The translations under genes were made by a program, and so were the position numbers. From Callorhinchus milii (lineage: Eukaryota), in NCBI RefSeq assembly GCF_018977255.1, contig NW_024704742.1:78432001-78496000 (forward strand): DNA of 64,000 bases, given 5' to 3'. Below, piece by piece: positions 1-12,278 of this stretch. The notes beneath the pieces are model-generated. The model made no database searches, was not told the origin of the DNA, and saw nothing but the letters and a program-made list of their open reading frames with translations. How positions within the stretch are numbered: the stretch's first letter is position 1; each line of letters starts with the position of its first letter.

Positions 1-6
1 ACTGTA

Positions 7-735
7 AGAAGTTAGCTCTCATCCAGGACTTGATGTCCGACAGGCAGTCTGTGAGGACAGCAGTGGGCCTGGAATCGAGGGTGGAAGCAGAGAGGTAGAA
101 TTAGGTGTTGTCCGCAAACATGTGGAAGTTTGCTCCATGTCTGTGGATGATGTCACCAAGAAGGAGCATATAGATATTGAAAAGGAGAGGGCCAAGGACA
201 GAGCCCTGAGGGACGCCACACGTGACTGTGCGGGGGCTGGAGGAGAATAAAGGCTGAGCTGAGAGGAGAGGCGGTGTAGGAGGATGGAATGGTCGACAGA
301 GAGGAAGACAAGGAGGCAGAGAGAGCCCTGGTTGCAGATGTTCAGAATGTCGGTAGTGACTTTGACCAGGACTGTTTCCATGCTATGGGTAGCACAGAAG
401 CTCAATTGGAGGGGTTCAGAGAGGGAATGATAGGAGAGAAAAGAGGAAATTGGTTGCGACGATTTCCTTCCAGGGCCTTGGAGAGGACTGTGAGGTTATA
501 GATGGGGTGATAGCTGAAGTAGGGATGAGTCCAGGGAAGGTTTTTTGAGGATGCGGGTGGTGACAGCTGTTTTTAGAGGGATGGGAACAGCGTCAGTGGA
601 TAAAGAGAGCTTGATGATATAGGTTAAAAGAGGGGCCAGGAGGTGGACCTGGGAGGTGAGTAGAGGGGTGGGGATAGGGTCGAGGGAGCAGTTGATGGGC
701 TTCATTTTTGAGATGAGAGAACAAGAGGATATAGG
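7..735 (-). mobile_element. L2-clade LINE ORF2 (RT) fragment, degraded
   Basis: ORFs 19..405 and 496..822 contain [14 protein letters not shown] and LDPIPTPLL...LKTAVTT..LKKPSLD motifs. Confidence 0.85.
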
Positions 736-1084
736 TTTAGAATTGCAAAAGGCAATTTCAGGACAGTTGCTAGGAAGTTTTTCTTTACTCAGAGGATAAT
801 TAATGATTGGAATAGTTTGCAAGGAAGGGTTATTGGCACCAGGACATTGGATTCATTTATTAAACAGCCTAATGCTGTGGAGCGAAGAGTAAGTATTCTG
901 GAAGGATGAGATCAGGTGTGCTAAATGGCTTTCCTCATCCAAACCATTGGTAATCTTGTGGCAGATCTCAAAATGTACATCTTCAAGTGAGAAGCTTCTA
1001 TATAGTTAATTAACAACATCAAACAAACATTTTCAGCATTGAGCTGTAAGATCTGAAAACTGCCTTTGTGGGTTCACCCAGCTT

Positions 1085-1340
1085 GTAGTCCAGACTGACA
1101 CTCCAATGCAGTGCTAGGATAGGTTACGCTGTTAGAAATGACACCCTTTGGATACGATATTAAACCAAGATCCTTACTAGCATTATTTGAAAAGAGAAGT
1201 TAATTTCTCGTGGTTTCATGTTCAACAATTCCCCAGTGTTTGAATAACATTGTACAGTCACTACACATTGCACAAAAGCTCTGTGAAGCATTTCGAGAAA
1301 TTTCAACGTTGTAATACGCTGTATCAAATGTAAGAATTAT
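1085..1340 (+). mobile_element. Old Deu-domain SINE remnant
   Basis: ctgacactccaatgcagtgc...ctttggatacgatattaaacc resembles the DeuSINE (SacSINE1/AmnSINE1-type) central domain. Confidence 0.65.
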
Positions 1341-1912
1341 TAATCGAAAAGATTAATATTTTTGCTTTTTAAATATGACTCGGCTGCCAATAGCTGTCCA
1401 TTTAACTTGAATTTTATATGTATTTGCAGGAAATTCCTGGTTTGCACAGTTGAGTTTCACACGGCCCAGGGCTTTTAATCATTGGAACCATCAAAGAAGC
1501 TGTCAAGGAAGCCATTAGGTACCATTTAAGGTTATAATAAACATTCATACGCTCCAAAATTCAAACCTCCCATTTGTCCTACTTTTTCTCCCAAATGCTA
1601 TCACATTTGGCATATCAGTTTATTCTTTAACCAGCAATACACAAAGTTTCTAACTTCAGCTACACTTTGTCACTGTCATTCCGCCTGCATGTACCAGACA
1701 CCAGTTAATAAAATAGGACAAGTATTTAAACTTGCTGAATGTTGCAGCTTGATATGAATAGCGATGTCAACCTTTAAGCAATATACAATTTCATTTGTGC
1801 CATTGATACACTCTGCTAACTTTGTTGTAAAGATTGTCCCTGTGGACAAGTTAAAAAGGTCACGTATGAATCTAGATGTCATTAGTCTGCAATACATGAG
1901 GGCAGGATCATG

Positions 1913-2290
1913 ACAACAACAACAACAAAATTACATTTAAAGAGCACTTTTCATGTCGGGAGGACTTCCCAAACTGTTGAACAATCAGGTATCAGGGCCC
2001 GAGCATGGGGAGGGGTGGTGTAGGGGTGAGGGAAGGCAGGGGGGTGGGAGGGCGACCAAAGGAACGATCGAAGAGAAAGGTCTTGAGACTGGCCTTGAAG
2101 GAGGCAAGGGAGGAAGCGAGGCGTAGGGCCCGTGGGATGGAGTTCCAGAGTGTGGGGGCAGAGAGGCTGAAAGCTCGGCCACCGATGGTAGGGCGGGTCG
2201 GGCAGGAGACATGGAGCAGACCAGTGCCCACTGAACGGAGGGAGTGGGCAGGTTGGTAGGGAGTCAGCAGATCAGAGAGGTAGGAGCAGA
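1913..2290 (-). mobile_element. L2 LINE 3' end
   Basis: GGRAFSLSAPTLWNSIP...SFKASLKTFLF motif, (TTG)n tail. Confidence 0.88.
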
Positions 2291-4006
2291 AATACACTGC
2301 AGAGAGCTGCAGAGAGATGGTCTGCACACTGAGAAGGGGTGTCTGCAAATCTGATTTTTTTTTAAAGTTTTGGAATTCAATATGTAGCAAAATTCAAACA
2401 AAAATAACCCAGGAAAGCTCAATTCTCTGCTGAGAGCTGTTGACTAACTAATGAATTGCTTTATATTTTAAACTGATTGTGTAAATCTGAATCCTGATTT
2501 CTGTTGGTTTGGTTGGCTGTTACCTGCCATCGTGACAGATGAAGCTAAAATTTTCTAAGCACGATTGAAGAGGAAGTTCTTCAGTCGTGGTCTAAACGAA
2601 GGGAACAAAGAGGCAAGGTGGAGGGATTTGAGGGAGAGAGTTCTAAAGCTTTTGGGCATCGCAGTTGACAGTGTAGCCGTCGATGCTGGAGCGGAGGGGA
2701 TGAGGGACACTCGATTTAATATCTCCTGCTACATTTGCCACCTCCTTTGCATGTCTTTGCATGTTGCGGGGAGGAGGTGATCAATCTTGTCACAGGTATT
2801 CCTGTTCTGCTCCTGAACCGATCTGCACCAGGACCACCTAAGAAAACTGGCTTTTCTGATCCCGACAATCAGCCGATGTCTTTAACCTTCCTGCAAGATA
2901 TTTGGTATTTGCTTTTGCTAAATCGGATTGAGTTACTTTACTGAAATGGCCACTATTGAATGCACCTCCTCATTTGTTGTGACATTTTGTTAACATTATG
3001 AAATTTCTTTTCTCACACCTGACAGTTGCAAATAGTGGGCACCCATGTGATTTTGGTACAATAATACTCTGAAATCCAAATGTTATCGACACCAATCCCT
3101 GCCAGGTTCTACTGGCTTCCTATTGCAGAATGGATTGATTTCAAAACCTTCACACTTACAACTTAATTCATGCCCTAACACCTCCCTCCCTCTCCGACCT
3201 GCTTATACCTCACTCCGCTTTACTCAGCTGGCTCTGGCCTTCTACACATCACTTGTTCCCTCCGTTCCTCCATCAGCAACTGTACTTTCAGCCACTACAC
3301 CCCAAAGCTCCGGAAGGCTCTACTTCAATCCCTCAGCCTTGCCCTCTCTTTACTAGTGTTCAAATCACTCCACCACTGTTAAGCACTTCAAGACACTACC
3401 AACGTGAAAGACACTATATAAATGCAAGTTGTTTTTGCTATAATTGACAGCAATGTAATCCCTTATATGCCCGTTTCTGGTCACTGTCTGTTTATCTCGG
3501 TGTTTCTCTGGTCCTGCAATCTCTGTGTCTCTGAGTATAATTCTGCTCCATTTGTTAATGTTAGTGAGCTTTTAGGATTGAGTAAACCGAAGCAGAAAAT
3601 GATTTGTTAGCAGCAACAAATTCATTATTGTTACAAAACAAAATGCTGTCCGGCAGAAACACAAATCATTACGAGATCAATGATTTATAAAAGAGTCAAC
3701 TGAGCTTGTTAGGGTTTTATTAAAGGTCATTAATGAGGAACAGAAATAACAGATGGGAAGCTCATTCTAATTGAATTATTTGCTCCAGTCCATATCTGAC
3801 ATTACCAAACCTTAGGCATTGAAATAAAATAACAATAATAATGTTTGATATAGTACCTTATGATCTCATTGAGAAGACTCAAAGTGCTCAAAGTTTATAC
3901 TGTAAAGTGATGTGACTGTGTGTATTTTGTAAGTGAAAGTCATAGAATATTTATAGCAAGGCTGGAATAGAAATGTATGGAGGTGATACCTAGCTAGAAG
4001 TATGTA

Positions 4007-4285
4007 TAATAATAATCCTTGGATTTGATATAGCAGGTTATCATGTCATTGAAACATCTCAAAGCGGTTTACAGAGTATATTGTAAAGTGGAATTGACTG
4101 TGTATTTTGTGGGTCAAAAAGTACAGCATTTTCCCACAAGCAATCGTGTTTTGGGTGGCCACATTTTATTTTATTGGAGGGATTATTACCCAAGAAAATG
4201 ATCTGCAATCAACTAATAGCTGGGTTCCTATTTATTGTTAGGTAAACAGAGGCGTGTGGAGTAAGGAAACTTGTCTAAGGTTTTG
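4007..4285 (-). mobile_element. tRNA-derived SINE, older long subfamily, partial
   Basis: Contains the gttcctatttattgttaggtaaacagaggc segment. Confidence 0.8.
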
Positions 4286-4510
4286 CATCCAATGGTGAAC
4301 ACCTGCTTATACCTCACTCCACTTTGTTCCACTCCAGTGGCATGAGCACTTAAAATCAAGATACTGGTTCTATTTTCGAAGAAGACAGAAAGTAAGGAGG
4401 AGCTGTAAACTGTGAAGAGGAGAGGCAAAAAATAGAATTAAGAAAGTGGGCAGAACTATAGCAGATAAGAGTATTTTTGTGGTCAGATAGCTTTCTGACA
4501 CATACAAAAT

Positions 4511-4831
4511 GTAGAGTCCTGTAGCTCAGTGGTTAGAGCACTCGCTTTGCAAGCGAGAGACCTGAGTTCAATTCCAGGCAGGGCGAAACCTTGGGCAAGT
4601 TTCCTTACTCCACACGCCTAATAATAATCCCTCCAAAACCAAAAACAATAATAAATTGGTCATTTTCAATCTACGATTGTTTGTGGGACATTGCTGTGCA
4701 CAATTGGCTGCCGCGTTCGCCCACAAATATACAGTCAATTCACTTTACAGTGTGTTCTGTGAAGCGCTTTGGGACGTCCTCCCGATGTGAAAAGCGCTAT
4801 ATCAAATGCAAGGATTATTATTATTATTATT
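4511..4831 (+). mobile_element. tRNA-derived SINE, young subfamily, full length
   Basis: A-box TAGCTCAGTGG, B-box GTTCAATTCC, shared body, L2-like tail, (TAT)n end. Confidence 0.93.
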
Positions 4832-5024
4832 AAAATCCCAACCCATTGTTTGAGAGTATCCAAACCAGAATGAGAATTCCACATATATGCCACCTTCATG
4901 TGGTAAATTCTGTGTATCTGGAATGGAATCCACACTCTCTCCCTGGAAAGACACACCCTGCTTACTTAATTCTGGAGAGTATTAGGTAGAGATTGGTGAG
5001 AGCCAAGGCTTGGGGACCCCAAAT

Positions 5025-5330
5025 TATAGAACCAAAGAAATTCAAAGCACAGAAGGAGGCTATTTGGCTCATTACATCTGCACCAGCTCTCAGAGCAAGC
5101 TGTTCATTCAATCCCATTGTCATGCCTTATCCGCATACCCCTTCAAACCTTTCTCCTTAATAAACCTATCTACTTTTCACTTGGAACAATGGACTTGCAT
5201 CTACCACCTTGCTGGGCAGTCTACATTCCAACAACTCTCCAAGTGAAAAACAAATCACCAAACCTCTCCTTTTGCTCTCATGTGGCTATCATAAAGCTAT
5301 GTCCCCTTGCCACTGACTCTCCAACTGAAG
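5025..5330 (-). mobile_element. CR1-type 3' remnant
   Basis: agcacagaaggaggctattt...ccaacaactctc..gtgaaaaa. Confidence 0.65.
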
Positions 5331-7114
5331 CATAACCGGCTAAAATTGCATGTGTTCATGAGTGGCAAGCTTGCCACTGCACCCTTCCTGTGGATTGAGT
5401 TATAGTTTGAGGTGCACTGAGTTAAATCCAATGGTTATGCTCAATTGGAAATGATAGGACAACCTAACTATTGTCCTGTAGTTCACAAAATCCCAAGAGA
5501 TGTTGGGACGAAGAAGGCTTCTCAGCCTATCCAATCCCATTTATTTCACGTCATCGTCCTCCCATCATGGGATTTAGGTATTTTCCAACTGTGTCCAGCA
5601 TCCTGGGCCCCAACCATCTCCTGTCATCGACCACCCTCTGTTAATGAGAAACTTCACAACTTCAGATCAATCAATAATTATGTGCCTAGTGGTATTCATA
5701 ATGTCACTTTGCAGGAGACGTAGACATATTGGCTTGGAACTGCAATGTGCAAGATTACTTCTGTGTCAGCAAATACCAAACACAGAATCAGACTCAACCC
5801 ATAGCATTATGTTATGAGGCAAATGTATTATCTCCAATACTAAGGGAAACCTGCCACATGCATCAACAATAACAAAACAACTTGCATCTATACAGCGCCC
5901 TTCACGCAGGTAGTGTCTCCGAGCAATTAGCAATGGTGTGGTTTGATTCCAAGAAAGCACTATTAGTGCTTGGATGATAGATTTGCATTGTTGCTGATGC
6001 CCCGAGCTAGACACACAGTCTTGAATGTAATCTGTATTGCAAGCCTCAGTACCTAAACACACATAATCACCTACTTAAATTTTAACCCTCAAAGAAAGGT
6101 CAGAATCTCTTAGATTCATGTTTCAAAATAGTTTTGAAAGAGTTTGCAGGGAAAATAATAATATTAAAATGGGCAAACACACGGAAATATAATATGATAA
6201 ATGATGGACATATATCCATTTTATCTCCCAGCTGAAGGCAACTATTGAGAAAAAATATTTTAACAACATTTGTTGCAAATAAATTGTAATTGGAAAGAGA
6301 TGGCAATAGAAGTGTTTGGCTTGGCATGTTGATGGTCCTCTATCTTTGGATAAGATTTAATATGCATTGCTTTATTAGTTCCACAAATAGCACACTACAC
6401 AGCTCGATGATCAGGGCTGTCGCTGTTTCCACAGTCAATTAAGTATTTCAAATACTTTAGTCATGTGAAATATTCATCTACAGTGCTTACTCATTGGATG
6501 CTACTCTGTCCATAAGGATGTCATATTCAGAAATCACACAGGCAGTGTGGAGCAAATCAAGTGTTCTTGCAGATTTGTTAACCATTTAAAGAAACAACCT
6601 GTGGCTATTTTCATGAGCCATGGAATTCTACATAGTGTTGAACTTATGAGGCCATTTGTCCTCCAATTTCAGATAACACCTAATTGTGGAAAATTCTTAG
6701 TCAGAAAAATAGCCATTTTTTTCTGCAGTTAGTAAAAAGGACCGGTCTTTCAAATTAAGACTGAATTTCAGAAGTTTTCCATAATTCTGCAAGATTTTTG
6801 ATTTTTAGACAAATGTGCTGAAATTCCAGTTGTCATTATGTGTTGTGCCTTTGGCGATGTCGGCCACTAATGGATTTTCCCAATATAAACATGCATCACC
6901 AAGGGTGCTACAATAATGTTGAATGGAATCTAAATTCATGCTAAGACTGGGTTCAATTTTGAGCCTTGTATTAAGTAAGAATGGGTTTTCTGAGGCTTGG
7001 AGTGCCTCTTACTTCCTACTTGTAAGCTGCATGGTTTCATTTTGGTCAAATCTACCAGCACATCCTAATAGGCACTTTGGCAGCCACCAACACCTTAGTT
7101 TCTGACAACCTGCA

Positions 7115-7424
7115 CCTGTAGCTCAGTGGTTAGAGCACTCGCTTTGCAAGCGAGAAACCTGAGTTCAATTCCAGGCAGGGAAAAACCTTGGGCAAGTTTC
7201 CTTACTCCACACGCCTAATAATAATCCCTCCAAAAAAAAACAATAATAAATTGGTCATTTTCAATCTACGACTGTTTGCGGGACATTGCTGTGCGCAATT
7301 GGCTGCCGCGTTCGCCCACAAATATACAGTCAATTCACTTTACAGTGTGTTCTGTGAAGCACTTTGGGAGGTCCTCCCAACGTGAAAAGCGCTATACCAA
7401 ATGCAAGGATTATTATTATTATTA
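7115..7424 (+). mobile_element. tRNA-derived SINE, young subfamily
   Basis: Near-identical to the 4511 copy. Confidence 0.93.
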
Positions 7425-7880
7425 TACTCTCCAAGCATAAGCGTGTTTCCTTCCTCCAAGGAAAATATGTTGCACTCTAGTAATGAACAGAAATCCTTCC
7501 TCCGAGAGTTAACTGGAGGCTCTTAAGTAGAACAAAAGGTTTCTGCTCGTCACATAAAACTCTCAGCTATTAAAAAAAATGCTTAAATAGACTTTATTTA
7601 AGGAAGAGGCCAGCCCACAATATTGCCTTGCTGTGTCCTCACTTCCATATAACGTTCTCCGCGGTCCTTAGTTATTCGCTTGGGGGAAAGAGATGAAAAT
7701 AATATCTCCCCAGCATCAAGTGTTTTCAGATACAACAACAACAACAGCAACAAGATTCTATTTATAGAGCGCCTTTCACGTCGGGAGGACGTCCCAAGGC
7801 GCTGAAAGATAACCTGGCTGGAAGACTGATCAGTCTGACACAGGCGGAAAACCATCCCCACGCTTAAGGAGCATCCTTAA

Positions 7881-8209
7881 GGAGTCCTGTAGCTCAGTGG
7901 TTAGAGCACTCGCTTTACAAGTGAGAGACCTGAGTTCAATTCCAGGCACAGGGCGGAACCTTGGGCAAGTTTCCTTACTCCACACAGAGCCTAATAATAA
8001 TCCCTCCAAAACCAAAAACAATAATAAATTGGTCATTTTCAATCTACGACTGTTTGTGGGACATTGCTGTGCGCAATTGGCTGCCGCGTTCGCCCACAAA
8101 TATACAGTCAATTCACTTTACAGTGTGTTCTGTGAAGCGCTTTGGGACGTCCTCCCGACGTGAAAAGCGCTATATCAAATGCAAGGATTATTGTTATATG
8201 ATTATTATT
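7881..8209 (+). mobile_element. tRNA-derived SINE, young subfamily
   Basis: Near-identical to other copies; cacacagagcct variant shared with the 27709 copy. Confidence 0.93.
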
Positions 8210-8399
8210 CAGACCAAACTTGAGAAGTCCAGGCTTCCCACCTCCACATGGCGATCCCATGCTGGAAGGCTGAGAGGTGCAGTGTGTTCCTGGTGGTCAC
8301 AGCCCACAGCGACTGCCCTCACTGCGCCCTGTCCAGCCCCTTGACACCAGAGTGGAGCAGCACAGAGCCATCTCTCCCTTGGCTTCCCCTCAACCTCCC

Positions 8400-8498
8400 C
8401 ATCGCCCAACATCCCCACTGCAACGGGTCATCCCTCTCATCCCATTCGTTTGAACAACGCAGTCGATTTCGCAATGCGCACACAACGAAACTTTCCCC

Positions 8499-8537
<39 letters not shown>

Positions 8538-8705
8538 ACCCGCCGGAGTTTGAAACGATTCCCAGTTGCAAAAGTGTACGGAAACTACACAACCCGATCA
8601 ACGCAAAAAAAAAACAACAAAAAAAAAACACGCGCAGCAGCGAAAGGAAAAGGGGGAACCAGAGTTTGCAGCGCTGTCCTCCGGACCAGAGCGGTCGGGT
8701 CGACC

Positions 8706-8738
<33 letters not shown>

Positions 8739-8960
8739 TCTCTGTGTCTCTGTGTCACGTCCATCACCGCGATGGGAAACTCGGGACGAACTGAGAAATG
8801 CGACGATCGGGGAAAAGAAGAAAAAAACACACACACACACACACACACACTCAACCAAAACACTTCACTTACCTTTCACGAGGCACAGGACGAGCACAGC
8901 CCAGACACAGCGCGGACACTTGGACGTCTGCATTTTTGTTAAACGGAAGATCTTCCCTTT
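8400..8960. promoter_or_regulatory. CpG-rich island around the first coding exon of the second gene
   Basis: Dense CG dinucleotides against a CpG-depleted background. Confidence 0.6.
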
Positions 8961-9221
8961 ACAAAAAAGGTGCACGTCTGAAATAAAGGGAGAGAGGGAG
9001 AGAGGGAGAGGGGGAGAGAGGGAGGGAGGGAGAGGGGGAGAGAGGGAGGGAGAGAGAGACAGTGTGAGTTGTGTGCAAGTACCGCTGTGTCTCCAGATAC
9101 TGGTGTTTTAAACATTCAATGCTCTTTATAAAACAACTCCGATCAGACTGAATGAATGAATTAGTGAATGAATGAATGAATGAATGAATGGGGGAGGGGG
9201 GGGGTGGGGGGGTGGGGGGTG
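8503..9221. repeat. Microsatellite cluster: (CT)n, (TG)n, (CA)n, (GGGAGA)n, (TGAA)n, G-runs
   Basis: Directly visible. Confidence 0.9.
8873..8933 (-). CDS. First coding exon (signal peptide MQTSKCPRCVWAVLVLCLVK+G) of a second secreted/membrane-protein gene; possibly a nAChR alpha subunit (chrna6/chrna8-like)
   Basis: AAAATGC start, hydrophobic core WAVLVLCLV, donor AAAG|gtaagt in phase 1, CpG-rich setting; upstream acceptor tttatttcag at 8978-8987; no downstream exon recognised in 1-8870. Confidence 0.6.
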
Positions 9222-9348
9222 ACAGGGGCACCTTGAGAACCAGACCCTTCCCTTCTGCAGATCTGATTAAAAAAAATATCATTTTTTTTTGACACAGTTC
9301 ATGCCCAGATGGTCGGGAGAGAGACGAGACTCTCCATCTCTTACTTAC

Positions 9349-9450
9349 CATGGTGTTGGAGATGCACTGGGCTTCCTGCTCCACTCTGCTCCCAAGAACA
9401 TCAGCAGACAGGCAGATTGGCAAGTCAGTTCACAACCAACTGCTGGGTGG
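9349..9450 (-). other. Putative upstream 5' exon of the second gene, ending CACCATG|gtaagt (5' boundary uncertain)
   Basis: Consensus donor gtaagt at 9348-9343; plausible 371-bp intron to the acceptor at 8978. Confidence 0.45.
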
Positions 9451-10449
9451 GGTTAAGCTATAACCAACTTTGGGGGTGTGGGGTTGGGGGATGGAAGGTA
9501 TATTTCCACTGCAGATACTTTAAAAGGTAAATGTTTCTGCTCTCTGCAAACTTCAACTCTGCAGTCTTGCCAATCGCTTAAACGTTGCTGCTGCAGCACA
9601 CAGCTCTCCTGAGAGGCTGGACCTCACACCTCAACACCAAGGGCTTCCCCACAGACAGAGCAATAGTCTGTGGCTGCAGTCCTCAATCCCATGCACTAAT
9701 CTCTCTCTCTCTCACAGACTTTTAAAAGATGCTTTCTTCATCCCATCTCCCTCACCCACTCCCCCCAAAAAAAACCCACAACAAATATGTGGCTTAATTA
9801 TCTTTCACCCTATCAACGTCAAATTAATTCGGTGGGAGGAAGGGAGAATCTTGACCATTTGTCACTGTTAGCCTATAAGATGTCTTCACAACGTGATAAG
9901 GCACTACTGTATATCAAAATACAAGGATGGTTACTATTATTATTGTTAAGACTGATATGAAATGAACCCTAGCAAGCAGACACTCAGAGAGAGAGAGCTG
10001 AAGGTCGATTGCCTTATCTGTTTTGTTTTGCTTTGTTTGCTATTGCTTCTGAATCTGGTAGTTGTTCTATTGTGCAGATTTATGTTAAACACACAGTCCC
10101 GAAAGTAAATAATCTCAAGCTAACTGCAGGATCAAAGATATATAAGAAAACCATAATGAATTTTTTGTCTCTCTTCTTGTGAGAAAGTTATTTTTTAAAC
10201 TGTTAATAATCTGGGTAACCTTTCTGTATTACATTACACGTGTCATCTGTCTCTGCTCATATTTTCTTCATACTGAGAATAAACCTAATCTCTTTTTAAC
10301 AGTTAGAATGGAAGACAGTATCAGAATACAAAGTGGTCGAGGGAAGCATATTTCTGAACAGTAATATTTGAAGAGGCTTTGAAAACAAACCTTCTCCCCT
10401 CTTCTCTATTCCCATTACATCAGGTAAAGTGCAACCCACCAGAAATCAG

Positions 10450-10790
10450 CAACGGTTTAACTATATACAGTGCAATGATTATGCTTTATTTATATACAGT
10501 GCACAGTTAATAGTTTAACTATTTACATCCAGAATAATGCCTTAATCTTTGGATACAATCCTTCCAACTCTAATATACAGTGCAGAATGTAATGGGTTAA
10601 CTATATATAGTGCAGAGTGTAATGTGTAATAGTTTATATACAGTCCCAGGTATAATAGCTTATATGGAGTCCCAGGTGTAATGAGTAAACTATTGACCAT
10701 GCAGTGTAAGGGTAAGAGCAAGGGTTAATGGTTTAACTCTATACAATGCAGGCTGTAATGGTTTAACTATAAGTGTAATGGTTTAACTCC
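10450..10790. repeat. Degenerate minisatellite (roughly 30-40 bp units, aatggtttaactatatacagtgcag)
   Basis: Repeated gtttaacta/tatacagt/tgtaatg blocks. Confidence 0.7.
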
Positions 10791-11216
10791 GTACCCCCAT
10801 CACACCAGGCCTTCCCAGGTTCCACTGGCTCCCTATCAAAGAATGGATCTTTTTCAAGATCCCCTCACTCCTCCGGAAATCCCTTCATGCCCTGGCACCT
10901 CCCAACCTTTATGATCTGCTTTCTCCCCACTCACTACCTGCTGCCTCTGCTCGGCTGTCTCTGGCCTCCTGCTTATCCCTTGTCCCCTTTGCTCCACCAT
11001 CAGAGGCTGTGCTTTCAGCCATCGCTCCCCAAAGCTTTGGAACTTTCTCCCCCAAACCCTCCACTTTGAACCCCTCCTTCCCCTGTTTTGGATCATGATT
11101 GAAGACCTTCTTCTTTAACCATGCTTACTCACCTCCTCCCTCTCCCCAAGCTCCACTACTGTTAAGTGCTCTGAGCTGCTGCACCGCATAAAGGGCACTA
11201 TATAAATGCAAATTGT
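10790..11216 (+). mobile_element. L2 LINE 3' end, degraded
   Basis: ccactggctccc...ctttggaact...ggcactatataaatgcaa. Confidence 0.75.
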
Positions 11217-11574
11217 TGGAGGGGACAAGAATTCCCTAGATAAAATTGTTTTTTGTGGGACCATGGCTTTTTGTGGGACATTGCTGTGTGCAAATTGGCT
11301 GCCATGTTCACTTATCAAATACACAGCACTGCAATTCATAGTATATCCTGAAGCTCTTTGAGATGTTCTCCTGATACAAAAGACACTGTCAAATGCAAAA
11401 AATATGATGTTATTATTATTACCTGCAATGCTACATGTACATGGGTGTTCGGGTGTGAAGGAATTTGTACGTAGGAGAGGGATGGAGAAATACCACAGAG
11501 AAGAGTGAATCTGGGTTTTGGATACAAGGCTTAATCACAACAGAGCAAAAGTTATCTTTCAGAAATAAACATTA

Positions 11575-11870
11575 GGACTTTGAAGTCAAATTCTAGGCTA
11601 ATGCTCCAATGCAGTACTGGGGAGGTGCTGCATTGTTGGAGGTTCCATCCTTTGAATGAAACATTAAATTAAGGTCCTACCTACTTATTCAGGTGGACAT
11701 TAAAGATATCATGGCACTATTTGAGAAGAAATGGGAGTTTCACCTGGTGTCCCAGCCAACAATCCCACAAAATGTGCAGTCACTTCACTTTACACTGCAT
11801 CCTGTAAAGGACTTTGAGATGTCCTTCCGACATGAAAGGTGCTATATCAAATTTATGGATTATTATTATT
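11575..11870 (+). mobile_element. Old Deu-domain SINE
   Basis: gcagtactggggaggtgctgcattgttggagg...caggtggacattaaagatatcatggcactattt. Confidence 0.75.
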
Positions 11871-11889
11871 AATTTGATAATTTACTTTA

Positions 11890-12278
11890 TTTTCACCTAC
11901 AAAGCACTCCACGGCCTCGCCCTACCCTACCTCTGCCAACTCCTAACCCCCTATCAAGCCGCCGTCCATTCCCTCTGCTCAGCCATCTCCTGCCTGCTCC
12001 ACGTCCCCCGACCCACCCGCCCCACCATTGGCGGGAGAGCCTTCAGCCACTCTGCCCCCAACCTCTGGAATTCCATCCCCCAGTCACTCTGCCTTGCCCC
12101 CTCCTTAGCCTCCTTCAAGTCCTGTCTCAAAACCCTCCTCTTCGACCATGCCATCGGTCACCCCCCTTCCCCTCCCCTCCCTTCACCCTCTGACTCCTGC
12201 TCGGGTCTAAAATGCTGTACACTGTCCAGCTCCTTGAAAGGCACTATACAAATGTAATCTTGTTGTTGTTGTTGTTAT
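11890..12278 (+). mobile_element. L2 LINE 3' end
   Basis: GGRAFSHSAPNLWNSIP, (TTG)n tail. Confidence 0.88.

Noticed and set aside
4511..4585. tRNA-Ala(TGC)-like genes (A/B boxes, ctcgc-tttgcaa-gcgag arm) at each SINE head
   Set aside because: No proper acceptor stem, and they are always fused to the same SINE body and tail; these are SINE heads.
7897..8163. Recurrent ~80-90 aa ORFs (VRALALQ...WDVLPT; GKFPYST...KDYYYY) as a multicopy gene family or CRISPR-like array
   Set aside because: They are incidental translations of dispersed SINE copies; there is no repeat-spacer array.
8668..8692. REST/RE1 site (GGACAGCGC on the minus strand)
   Set aside because: Only the right half-site; the TCAGCACC left half is absent.
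1..8870. Exon 2 of the second gene
   Set aside because: A by-eye scan of the minus strand (including 1676-1897 and 2740-2890) found no open exon with a nAChR or other recognisable motif.
8437..9111. Several 60-180 aa ORFs over the CpG/microsatellite region (also 37900-38455 and 63045-63812)
   Set aside because: Low-complexity translations of (CA)/(CT)/(TG) repeats.
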